From Lingula anatina (Eukaryota > Animalia > Brachiopoda): 64,000 nucleotides of DNA. Within the stretch, counting starts at the first letter, position 1. Each line of letters begins with the position of its first letter. The notes beneath the pieces are model-generated. The model ran no database searches. It was not told where the DNA came from and saw only the letters and a program-made list of their open reading frames with translations. The translations under genes were made by a program, and so were the position numbers. Shown here one piece after another: positions 25,201 through 36,584 of this stretch. The DNA is taken from assembly GCA_051362555.1 (NCBI GenBank), contig CM120640.1, forward strand, positions 10,044,001 to 10,108,000. The letters are read 5' to 3'.

Positions 25201-26489
25201 GCCCAATGTCTGGATCTCCAAAAATATCTTTCATTTGAAACAGAATAATGTATAATAATACATTCAGGGAACAAATGAACCTGTGCTGCAGAGTGAAATA
25301 CATGAATGGTGAAGGATGGATGGAACATGTATATGACAATGGGGATTTCGATCTTAACATGACAAAGAATGATTATGATATAAGTCACATGGCTTACAAG
25401 TTTTTTTTTTGTCATATTGTGGTTACATTTTGTAAGCATAGTGCTTATGATGAGGCTTATATCATAAACATTCTTCTTTAAACTGAACTCCTTCCCCTTC
25501 ATTAATTATCTGCCACTTTTAATTCTTGCATTCACAGACAGGTACTGCTTTATTAGTTCCCTGAATGTATTATAATCAAACATTATTCTCTTGGAAATGT
25601 TTTCCCCTAAAAAAATGGAAAAGCATCCGTTGGAGATTCCAGCATTAGAGATTCCCTTGGCAACTTCTTTGCTGACTTCAGCTTTTGAAAGTGATATTTT
25701 TGCAGCTTCAAACATGTACAAATACTAGTAAAACAAAGGCATATCACCTATCTTATATTAATAATTTTAAAAACATTCACTTTTTTGTTATGATTATTGA
25801 TTTTTCCTTATGATATAATATAATATACAGATGTTGGAAGATCTTATCAATCCTCATTTTGACTGTCACCATCATCAAAGTTTCTGGCCCTTCCGTCTAG
25901 TTGGACAGTAAACCAGTCCACATGGTGATTGGATTCATTCTAAAATGTACCTATTACAGGTTTAACATCAAAAATGAATTCTAAACCCTTAAAACATTGA
26001 AAAAAAAAAACATATGGCACATTATAGTGCCTTAAATTGTTGTTGATGCAACTTGAGGCTATTTTGGCTGCCATTTTGAAAATTATCATCTTACTGATAT
26101 TAATAATTGTTGTAGCAATAACTGTCAGATTTGTATTCAAGATCAAATTTCCCTCAGAAATCACCAATTATGAAAATTTTTTCAGATTTACCCTACTCTA
26201 CTATGATGCTTATATCTTTCCCCTCTTTGAGTAGAGCACTTGCAACACTTCTACTATTTCTTGACTCAAATAAAGTCAACATGCCACGGCATTAACCAAA
26301 TGAATCACTCAATCGACCATAAAAGAGCTTTTTCAAATTTACAAACTAAAGAGATAAATAAGAAAGTCAGGTTTGCAACCAGAAATTAAAATAAGGTGAC
26401 AATAATTTGATATGCCTAACATGCATATTCATAGCGTATGTAATCACCTCTTTTGATTTTTATGCTAAATGTTTCCATGTGTACCAGAC

Positions 26490-26630
26490 AGGGGCGTCTT
26501 GATAGTCTGAAGGTTCATTGGTCTGAAAGATCGTAACATTTACAACACTTTTTTAATCAAGATTTCGTTAGACCAAAGGTTCTATTGTGAACATTCGGAC
26601 CAATGAACCTTCGGACTTGCTATGGCCCCT
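26490..26630. mobile_element. Small inverted-repeat element (MITE remnant) at the start of the A20-like 3' UTR
   Basis: The left arm AGGGGC......AGTCTGAAGGTTCATTGGTCTGAA pairs with the right arm TTCGGACCAATGAACCTTCGGACT......GCCCCT. Confidence 0.65.
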
Positions 26631-26640
26631 ATCAAACTTC

Positions 26641-29600
26641 TCAATAACGATTATAAGCAGGAAAACAACTATTACAGTACCCCCTATTCCTAGAATTTCC
26701 ATAGTTACTGCACCCTGCACCTTTGCATTCCCCTGTTGATGAGCGAATGGCAGTGGCATGGCGCAGCATATCATCTTCAAAGGTCATCTGACCTGCAGGT
26801 CGCCTCGATACAGAATTTTCTCTGCAGACCTGAGATGTCGATCTTCTTGGCATCACTTTTGGCTGGCGCAGATGCTCCACCTCATATGTGTTATAGGAGG
26901 GTAACGAATTGGCTCTGTCTTCAAGGAATAATGAAGATGAAAGCACATCAAAGGAGCGACGAGTGAGCATGTAGTGCTCATGACAATAACCCTCTTCTGC
27001 TGGATCACCAAATCGGTCACAATATTGAACGTTGCAATGTTTAGCTGCACCCGGAACAGGTGGTCTAGTAGCTGGTAGAGTGGGTATTTCAACTAAGTGA
27101 AGCAACAAAAGAAAATAACCCATAAATGATAATTTATATATTGTTTTAATGCAGCTACAGTGGAGATCCCCCTTCCTAAGCAAATGGGTTCTAACTTTGA
27201 AATGACACAATCATGCACTTCCATTGAATAAAAGCAACAGCTTTTCCATAACTTAATACAGATGTACACCATGTTGCAGTCAGAGACACAGCTGTCATTA
27301 ACTTCAAGAACAAATTTGACTAATTCTAATTGATCATCAAACCAAAGAACTGACACTTTAAACAAATAAAATCCCTTAAGAATATTAACACATGCAATCT
27401 AAACAGAAGATGGGAATTTTAAGACAATGAAAGTTCTGTGAACTGTTTCTCACTACAGAGACATGGGTCAAATAGACTAGTATTAATGCATACCTTCATC
27501 TCTAGCAATCTTCTCCATTAAGCATTTGTGGCAATATCCATTTTGATTAGGAGTACCAAAGAAGTTACAGCCTGGAGTAATACACTTCAAATGTAGAGCT
27601 TCATAATCTGGAGCTGAACAGAAAAAACAATACTTTAGGCAGATCAACATTTAAAATTAAAATAAAAATGTTAAAATAATTTGTTTACAGGCATTCAATC
27701 AGTTTCCCCAAAACATCATATTAATTCATTTAATCTTTAAAAACCTTTACCAGATTGAAAAGCTAGGCCATACTGATACTGTTTTCTGGGAGTTCAACTT
27801 TTCTACAGGGAATAACCTACCAGAAAATAAAATCAAAACCAAAATTTATGATGTAAGTCAGCAATTTAAAAAGAACTTAATCAAAATACCTCTGCTTTCT
27901 TCTGGAATATGGATTTCTCCTGACTGCAGACGATAAGCCTCTGCCATGCAAATTCTATTGAAGCAGTCCTGGCACAGTCCATTGGTGTTATCATAACCAA
28001 AGTTGCTGCAATTCTCAGTGGTGCACTTCTGTTGGGACATCTCATGTCCATTGGGTATCACTTTAGATGTTAGTGAGGTGAACTGTGGCTGCTCATAGTC
28101 TGACAGAGGGGAACTGTGGACTGCAGGTTCTTTGGAGAACTTCATTTGTGAAATTCGTGGGCGCTGATCCTGGGCTGAGGCTTCAATAAATGGCTGTTTC
28201 CCGTGCTTTTTATCTTTAGAGCAACTGAAGCAGTAGATGGTTTCACGAAGGCATACTCCACAACAGCCTTGGGTGGCACACACATCTCTCTGAGTGGAGT
28301 CTAGTCTTCTAGAGGAATCAGGTTTGTGTTGAGGGGGTTGTTGTTGTTGTGTTTTCTTAGATCCATGAGTCAAACGGTAGAATCTGACATAGCACTCTGT
28401 GCATAACCCACTAGTTGATTCATGGCCAATTTTATTACAATCTGATGTGACACATTTGTAATACCTGCGGGCTTTGGACCTTTCCTCAGGATTTGACGCT
28501 GGCAACTTGGCAAGGATCTGCATGGAAGTCAAGTCTTCATCATCATCATCTTCATTACCTGCTGCCTGCGAGGCAACATATTCCCTGGCCCCATGGTTTA
28601 CATAACACTGGGAGCAATAGCCTTTCGTCTGTGGATTGCCTCCATACTCACACCCAATGGTTCTACATTGCTGAACATCATTAAGCATAGACTGTTGATA
28701 CTGCTGTGTAACAGGCTGATCATCAAAACCTTTGTTGGCAGAGCCCGATTTTTCTACAACTGGATAAGAAACTTGCTTGTTTTGTGCCTCAACCTTCTTC
28801 TTGTGACATTGCGAGCACAGGCCCTCTAACTGATGGCTCCCATTGAACTGACAACCTGGAGTAAGGCACATACCCGACGTAAAACTTTTCACATTGGCTG
28901 GTGCTTGCATTTTACCTGTTCCCTTAAAGGGCGACTTCTGTGGAACAGCATCTTTGAAACACTGGGAGCAATAACCATTGCACTGGCTGCTTCCAGTAAA
29001 TAGACATCCCGGTGTCTTGCATAATCCAGTGGTGACTGGTAATGGGTTTTCTGCAATGCTGCCACCCTTGGTGGCGCTTTGTTTTGGTGTACCAACATAT
29101 TTTACAAAACATCCTGTGCAAAGACCATCATAGTGAATGGTATCTCCAGGGTTCCTGCACCCAGGTGTTTTACAAAGTGAGGTCGTGGCTGGAGAGGGTA
29201 TTCCAGTAGCTTGTCCAGCATATTCATGACGTGGGTCTTCATAAGCACCTCCAGAATACATAGTGGATGAAGCACTCTTCTTCGTTACAGATTCATGTAG
29301 ACGTCTCAAGCGGGTCTCATCTTCTTCGAAATGCTTGGAGCACATCTGCCTCTGTTCAAGACGGCCATAAAGTTGGCATCCTGGTTGGATACATTTCTTC
29401 CCATCTTTAGAAGCAGTTCTTGACTGCTCTCCTGTACTATCCGAACCCTTCCTCTGCTTCTGTATCTTTTCTGCACACTCTCTGCAATATGGATGAGTCT
29501 TCACTGATGCCATGTATGCACAGCCTGGTGTCTGGCAATGGTCTCCTGTCACAGAAGGAATATAGGACTTTGGTGGCTCCATACTACTGATTGGGACCAC

Positions 29601-31863
29601 CTCTGGGCTGGCAGAGTAAAGATCTTCTGGCTCCTCCTCTCTTGCCTCAAAAATGGGGGCTGATGGTCTGATGTCATCATAATAAGGTCTCATCAATACA
29701 GTGTCTTCTGTTTTGAAGTCATAGCCAGGGCTTGTGAACCCAGCCGGTTGGTTTGGTTGATGTGGCTGTTTGGTGACACTTTTTCTCTGTTCAAACAATG
29801 CTTCTTCTTTAGATTTTTGAAACTTACTTTCACAAGCTCTGATAAAGTCAGGGATGAGATTAGCATCATCGTCCAATTGCTTTGGTTGCAGCTTTGCAGA
29901 CAGAACAATGTTTGTTCCAGTAGCTGTGGTATATGGCACCTCTATGACTTTCATGTAGTCTTGCATTATCTCATACACCTTTCTTTCTTCTTCTTGGAGC
30001 AAAAAGTGTACAGTCAGGGGTTCATACTCATGAGTAACTAATGGAACAGCATGCAATGAACTTAAAGCTTTTGCATCTTCATGAGGGGCATTTTCAGCAC
30101 TGGCTAGAGGTGTAAAATGATAACCATCAAAAGCAAGCACTATGGGAGATTTTTCACAATCTTGAGGCTTCCATAACAGAGGTAAATATATTCCCCCAAA
30201 ATAGTTGGGGCCTACAGTAACTTCTTGGATATTTCTAATAACAGAGTCACATAAAATAATAATTGGCCGCCGGAGAATATTTGCAAGAACAAAGATATGG
30301 GCTTCTTCTAGTGATTCATAAGGCAGTTCATCAGCACACCTGTTTGGTTTTTTTACATCTTTTGCAATACGTACAACTGTGTCCCATTCTCTCTCCCACT
30401 CCTGTAATGACAAGGAAATAATTTTACTTTTTTTTAAAACATAAATAAATTGACAAAGCTTTTAATTTATTTTCATTAAAACTGCAAAACTTTGTCTACT
30501 GATACAAAGATGATAACATTAAACTATTGTATAAATATGAAAAAATGAAAACCAATAACTGTAAAAATGTTCACTTATCTAAATTAATGGAAGTTCGTCT
30601 GACTTATATTTACCCCAGTGTTATATCTGAAATTTCCTGGTATGTCCTCGTTCTGTGCAGCTCTTTCCCTCATCCATCTTTGCTTGAACTTCCCTGTACC
30701 TTCATCATCTACTAAAGTGACGTATATTAACCGTCTCAAGAACAATGTCTCATCCTGAACTCCCCACATACCAAGAGACACTGCATGAAGCAGGCAGTTC
30801 CCATCACCTGAAATATCATTCAGGTTTTTATGTAAAATGTCATATACTACAGGGGCCATTCAGAATAGAAGATCTGAGTATCAAATGGTCATAGGCTCAA
30901 ATATGGCAGACCCTACATGAAAGGAAGACTGCTTAATCATTAAATGGTCTCTCCAACTTCACCACGCCTCCCCACGCGTCTGGTCAATTGGCGCCAAGAT
31001 TTAATGGTAGTGACCATTACAGAATTAAATGGTCTTCCTTTCATGTAGGGTCCACTATATTTGATCCTTGGACCAGTTGATATTCGGATCTTTTATTCTG
31101 AATGGCCCCATATACTGAAGGATTAAAAGCTTTGGCTTTGCATACTCAAGGGGGAAGCTGGAACAGTGGTGACTGTGATAATTATGATTATGAAGCTAAG
31201 TATGCTTGCCTTAGCTATACTCTTTTCACTGACACTAACTTGATAACCAATCCCTTGACAAGTATTGATAAGGAAAACTTTTTACACATGATATATGCAG
31301 ACATTTGTTCAAAGTCACAACTTATCATTATGGCACTACTGTAATACCAGGGGCTCATAATTCATGTTGTTAATTCATGGCCAGAAATTTATCAGTTTAC
31401 CAGAATCCTTTTTTTTTTTTTTGACAATTATGGATTCCCTATGTCCTCCCAGAATTGTTATATTTGCTGATAACATGCATCAAACAAATCTACATATTTT
31501 ATTATATATAAGTTGAAAAATCTGTTAAGTAAACACATCATATATCTACCAACCTGTTGTAGAAACAGCATACAATGGCTTGCAAGTACGACACCAGTTC
31601 AGAATCTTAGCCTTTTCCAATGCGTCTTGCATCCCCTTATCTAGCAAACAATTCTTCAAGAAGCCTGCAAAGTCAGCTGGATACATTTCCAGTGGTGGCA
31701 GCATTATTGTAAACCAAGACATCAGGTTGAAAAATGGAATATTAGGTGGATTCTGTGGAACAACAACATCACTTTGGACCTTGTTCCATATTATTTTCAT
31801 TTTCTCTGGATTAACACTGGAGAGTGTTGGTTGAGGACTGGGCACCCTTTTCTTATTTTCCAT
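26641..31863 (-). CDS. TNFAIP3: A20/TNFAIP3-like OTU deubiquitinase with about 12 A20-type zinc fingers
   Basis: Exons 31863-31554, 30807-30614, 30401-27890, 27613-27494 and 27092-26641 join in frame. OTU catalytic motifs: TTG|DGNCLLHAVSLGMWG, YESLEEAHIFVLANILRRPII, GGIYLPL, PIVLAFDGYHFTPL. These are followed by repeated Cx4Cx10-12Cx2(C/H) fingers. A multi-finger tail favours A20 over OTUD7/Cezanne. Non-coding 5' exon donors at 34428 and 35031. Confidence 0.88.
30851..31110. mobile_element. Palindromic MITE (~260 bp) in an A20 intron
   Basis: Imperfect inverted arms of ~100 bp: GGGGCCATTCAGAATAGAAGATCTGAGTATCAA...GACCCTACATGAAAGGAAGAC versus GTCTTCCTTTCATGTAGGGTC...TTGATATTCGGATCTTTTATTCTGAATGGCCCC. 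TA lies at or near both flanks. Confidence 0.8.
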
Positions 31864-32294
31864 CCTGATGCTATTTTCGTTTTATTTTCTGTTGTTATCT
31901 TCTTTTAGTATGTTTCTAGAAAAAAAATTATGAAACTATTAACCTCAGTAAACCAGGGCTCTACATTAACTCTTTCAGCCACTTGACACTGTGGGGAAAG
32001 TGGCTGGCGAAATGTACTTGTCTGAGCTGGAAATTCACTTGCCCATACTTTATTTATCAAAAGATTAACAAAACGGTACCCACTATTTTTTTTTTCATTT
32101 CAATCATTTATGCTGAATATTTGTACATTTTATTTTGGTGTTTGTGTTACTATTCTTCTATTCCACCAAATTACTAACTATATTGTTTCTCAATGTATAT
32201 TTTATCTTTATTCTTTGTATAGTAGTAGTCTAGTGACCACTTCCCTTTCTCTAATTCTTCCTTATCACTCTTTTTAGGTAGAGTAAAACCAAAC

Positions 32295-33355
32295 TTTAGC
32301 AAACGTTTGATAGTGTGCACAGGGAGACTCTTTGGAAGTCATATGGGATCCCTTGCAAGATTATCACACTTATCAAACTGTTTTATCATAATTCTGAGTG
32401 CAGCGTTATTACTGACAACAGCACCATTTCAGAACCATTTCCAGTGAAGTCTGGATATATCCTCTCCCCAATATTATTCCTTGGAACATCTATTGGATAA
32501 TGTGACAGACAACATCAGACAAGGCCAGAGGCATACACTGGACCCTTTTCTTACACCTTGAGGATATAGACTTTGCAGATGACCTGGCAGTCCTCTATTC
32601 AAGAGGTGATCATCTACAGGAGAAAACTGACACACTAGACAAATTTTTCAGCCAAATTGGACTTTCATTATCATCAATACCTCAAAGACCAAAGTCATGC
32701 CAATCAACTTGAGCAATCCTCTACCAATAACTGTCCATGGAAAAGTGCTTGACCCTATAGATGAATTCACCTATCTAGGTAGTCTCATTAGCAAGCATAA
32801 TGGAGCTAGGAGAGACATTCAATCAAGGTTAGGCAAGGCACGAGTGGCCTTTGCGTGGCTTCAACCCATCTGGAAATCCAGCACAGCTTGTAGACCAAGA
32901 TACGACTGTACAGCAGTAATGTGTTATCTGTCCTCCTTTACAGATCCATGTGTCGGCTTATGGTGAAGACAGACATGGATTATATCAGTGCTTTCTACAG
33001 CGAATGCCTGCGGAAGATATGCTGCATTTTTTTACTTCAAAAGATATCCAACAAAGATCTATGTCACAGTACGGGCTCCAACAACATTGTACTTGAGATA
33101 AAAGGCCGTAGTCTGAATTACCTTGGTCATGTCCTCAGGATGGAACAGGGGAGAATCCCCCAAACATCGATCTGGTGGACCCCTGTCAGGAGGCATAACC
33201 CTGGTGACCTAAAACAACTTGTAGAAGAACAGTCCAGAGCAAGTTCCAGGTGATGAGTTTGGCCTGCTTTAAAGCAGCATAAGACTGAACAGAATGGCAT
33301 CACCATGTCGCAGCCCTATTTCCCAACAGGGAAGATGTGGATAAGTGAAGTGAAA
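32295..33355 (+). mobile_element. 5'-truncated, degenerate RTE-like non-LTR retrotransposon (reverse transcriptase fragment), antisense in an A20 intron
   Basis: Frameshifted RT motifs: FDSVHRETLWK, FPVKSG..ILSPILF, LEDIDFADDLAVL, FTYLGSLIS, DIQSRLGKARVAF, CLRKICCIF, YLGHVLRM. Short TAAG/TGAAG-type tail near 33340-33355. Confidence 0.85.
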
Positions 33356-33502
33356 GTCAAATTTTGACAAATACATGATCTGATGATTGCTGAAATGATT
33401 CCATTTAAATCTGCTAGAAAAGATCAATGTTTTATGGCAGTGCTATTCAAACACCCTTAGAGAGTTGTGTTAGAACAAATGCTCCTGGCCAGTTTACTGG
33501 TA

Positions 33503-33890
33503 AACGAGAGTGCAGAATTCTGCCAAAGCAGCAGTCTCCACCCAATACCGTTTCACCCCTAAATCTTCATTCTATAATGATTAAATTTTTTTTGATTATT
33601 GATTATTGATTGATAATTGATCCGGATCACCACCAAAAACTAATCATCTGTTCCTTGGCCCACTTCTGACAGTTCCTGAAACTTTCATCAAAATAACTTA
33701 GTTTTTTATTTTTGATTATTGATTGATTATTGATCCAGATCACCACCAAAAACTAATCACTTCTAAGTTAACCCATTTCTGACCTACCCGGAAAATTCCA
33801 TCAAATTCATCCATAACTTTTTGAGTTATGTTGATGACAAACAAACAAACAAACAGGGGTGAAAACATAACCTCCTTGGCGGAGGTAATA
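33503..33890 (-). mobile_element. Short HINE/DINE-like non-autonomous element
   Basis: (AAAC)n microsatellite followed by the hairpin TAACCTCCTTGGCGGAGGTAA (~33868-33888). Two internal ~110-bp tandem units (GATTATTGAT..GATCC(G/A)GATCACCACCAAAAACTAATCA). The other end has the hairpin GCAGAATTCTGC with a subTIR-like CTGCCAAAG. Confidence 0.6.
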
Positions 33891-35030
33891 AAGCACTGTC
33901 AATCAAATGAAATCAAGCAGAGGAAGATGCTCAAAGATGGCCAGAGCCATACACAAATAGAAAGTGAAGTTTTGATTCAAAATTCAAAATCTCTATCTTT
34001 TTGCTTTATTTTATCACCTGCCAACTCAGCCAAGCAATTAAGCGAGTGGACTTCCCCGAAATTAGTGTGTACTTGCCCCAGGCAATCCTTATTGTCGAGC
34101 TTTTAAGGCATAGCATAATACATTCAGCATAAGAGCACATTTATCATCACAATCTGATTCAACTTTGCGCTTGTTTCACTTTCAAGTTGTTCTTCACAAG
34201 TGAAAGGTATCCACATACAACTGAAAAGTTTAAACAGCCTAAATTACGCTTGCAACAGAAACTGAAAGTGAAAAAATCAATTCACATATATAACTGCCAA
34301 TTCAATGGAAAGAGAATATTATGTGATAATAAACTGTTATCTGTGATATTCTGAATACTTTAGAAATAATGAAATATTAACATGAAAAGCATTCTTGAAT
34401 TTTGAACAGAAATTGCTTAAGAGTTACCTTTTTTGTTGTCGCAGACGTTCGTTGGCTATCTTTAAAAACTTTATGACATTCCCTAAATATAGTTCATTCT
34501 ACACTGGGAAAACCCAACACCTGAAAATAGAACATATTTATTCATTGGTAAGTTTTGCAAGTCCAGCCTGTCAAGTTTCTAAAAGGAAGGGCAAAACAAC
34601 CGTATATCATATAACATATTACCTTATTATATTCTAATTCATAATACACAAAGACGCATTAAAATCAATAAAAAAGCGTCGTCTAGCGTAAACATTATGA
34701 GTCACTGTGCCTGTGACCCCACATCCCATCCCTCCCTCTAAACACTGAAACGTATCAACAAAAAATACGACGCAATATATGTATTCATGTCATAAAGTTT
34801 CAAGAGAATCTGGAAATAATAAAAAGCATTTACATATGATATTCTACAAAAACAGTCGTTACTTAGATATTTAATAAAAACAACCCGTAAGTAAACAAAT
34901 CAACATATTTGAGTAACAACAAATTAAACGTTTAACAAATACCCAATACGCCAAAAATTAACAGTTTAAACGATTCCAGACAGATGTTTACAATGCATAT
35001 TAACTTAAAAACGTACTTATTGTTACTCAC

Positions 35031-35237
35031 ATCAAGTAATAAGTAAGAAATTCGTGATTTTCTTTTGATGCCTGCCCATGTCACAAGGAAGATGCAACTG
35101 TTACACCGGAAAATTTCCAGTTGGAAGGGGATTCCCCCGCGTCATTGAGCATGCGCTTTCACACTCTTTCACACATGATTGTGCCCTCAGTGCCCTCTAT
35201 CGACTAAACTGATATATCTCATCGGCTAGTAATGCAG
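35031..35237. promoter_or_regulatory. Bidirectional A20-like / FAAH2-like promoter with paired NF-kB sites
   Basis: Minus-strand donor GTGAGT at 35030 and plus-strand donor CAG|GTAAC at 35237 are only ~200 bp apart. Between them lie GGAAAATTTCC (35108-35118), GGGGATTCCCC (35127-35137), a CRE half-site CGTCA (35140-35144) and NRF1-like GAGCATGCGC (35147-35156). Confidence 0.7.
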
Positions 35238-36584
35238 GTAACACAAGAACATTTTAATGGTTTTTTCCTTTAACCGCGTTTGTTTTAATGATATTCTTAA
35301 TTTGTGTTTTTCTCTCATTAAGTTTGTATTACCTGCTTCTGTCAAGTTTTGAAATTTAGCTAGCGAATAATTAACATGTTTACAAGTTACCCGATATATC
35401 CTTGTCACATTCATGATTCAGTAAAGTCGAACACCTTAAAGAAGGCAAGAAGGTACTAAAGGGTCATGATCATCCATTTTTATCATTTTCACAAGCCTAC
35501 AAACCGTATGCTGGGGAGAAAGGGGTTAATACCAGCACTTTTGAAAGATAATACAAATTATGATCCAAATTGATATGTCAAAGCTCATCATTTTAGTTTT
35601 TCACTTATATGTACTGTACTAGTAGTGCTCTCAGAAAGGGGGGGTCTGAAAAATTGTACCCTTTTCAGACGTCTGAAAATGATGCTAAAAATGGATTACC
35701 CCTTTTTACGGTATGCCCCCAGAAGTATGAGTCTTTTATTTACATTATTTTTCTAAATTCATTTGTTGTTCAGCATGTGACATGACAACCCTGCAAATAC
35801 AGAAAAATACCATCATGTATATAATGAAATGTAAGGGAAATATGCAAGCTTTCACAAACTAGCATTTATGTTTGGCACTACCAATGCGATAAGAGTGGCT
35901 TATAGTTCACATACAGGGATGAAATTTTTCCAACTATCGGCAGATTTCCTACTTTATGGATGCCAAAAATATCATTGGTCTTACTCTACCAGTAAACTCC
36001 CCCCCCCCCTTGACCTCATGTCATATTTTTCTACTTAATCACTAATCACTGAATGGCAGTCTCACCCCTGTAAGTAAAATGGTCTATTAAGCTAAAGAGC
36101 TTTTATAATTCCCAAGAGTACAATCTAAAGCAAGTTCGATCTCTGCCAACAGTCTATGGTTGCCTTTGATTAAAGCACAGAAGTACTTCTATGATTAAAG
36201 GGACTCTGCACATGTTTGAAAATCCCCCACAGTCATATTTTTATCCTGTTAAACTATTTGTATTTCACATAACATGACACAGGGCCACAATGCCAAAAAC
36301 CCTGCCATTTTCTTGTGTAAAAACAAGGCAATGCATGTGAAGGCACATATCATTTTATTTGACTGGCCAGTCATTTAGAACTGAACAACTAATTTGAACA
36401 TGGAATAAGATATAGCCCTAGTGCAAGGATGGGTTAAGCAGTGATTTGTGAGAAGGATGATAAATTGGACTTTATCTCAGGAAAATTTGTTTTTGCTGCA
36501 TGGAGAACACCTTAAAGTGTTATCAAGTTTTCATGGACTATAACCATTGAAACCCCATATATGTATTTTGCAGGTTATGGTAAG

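Larger units (their letters stand above)
31953..34103. mobile_element. Possible degenerate hAT-like non-autonomous DNA transposon hosting the LINE and short HINE insertions
   Basis: Left end CAGGGCTCTACA with a partial inverted right end TGTCGAGC. Repeated ACTTG(C/T)C subterminal motifs occur near both ends. No clear target-site duplication. Confidence 0.35.
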
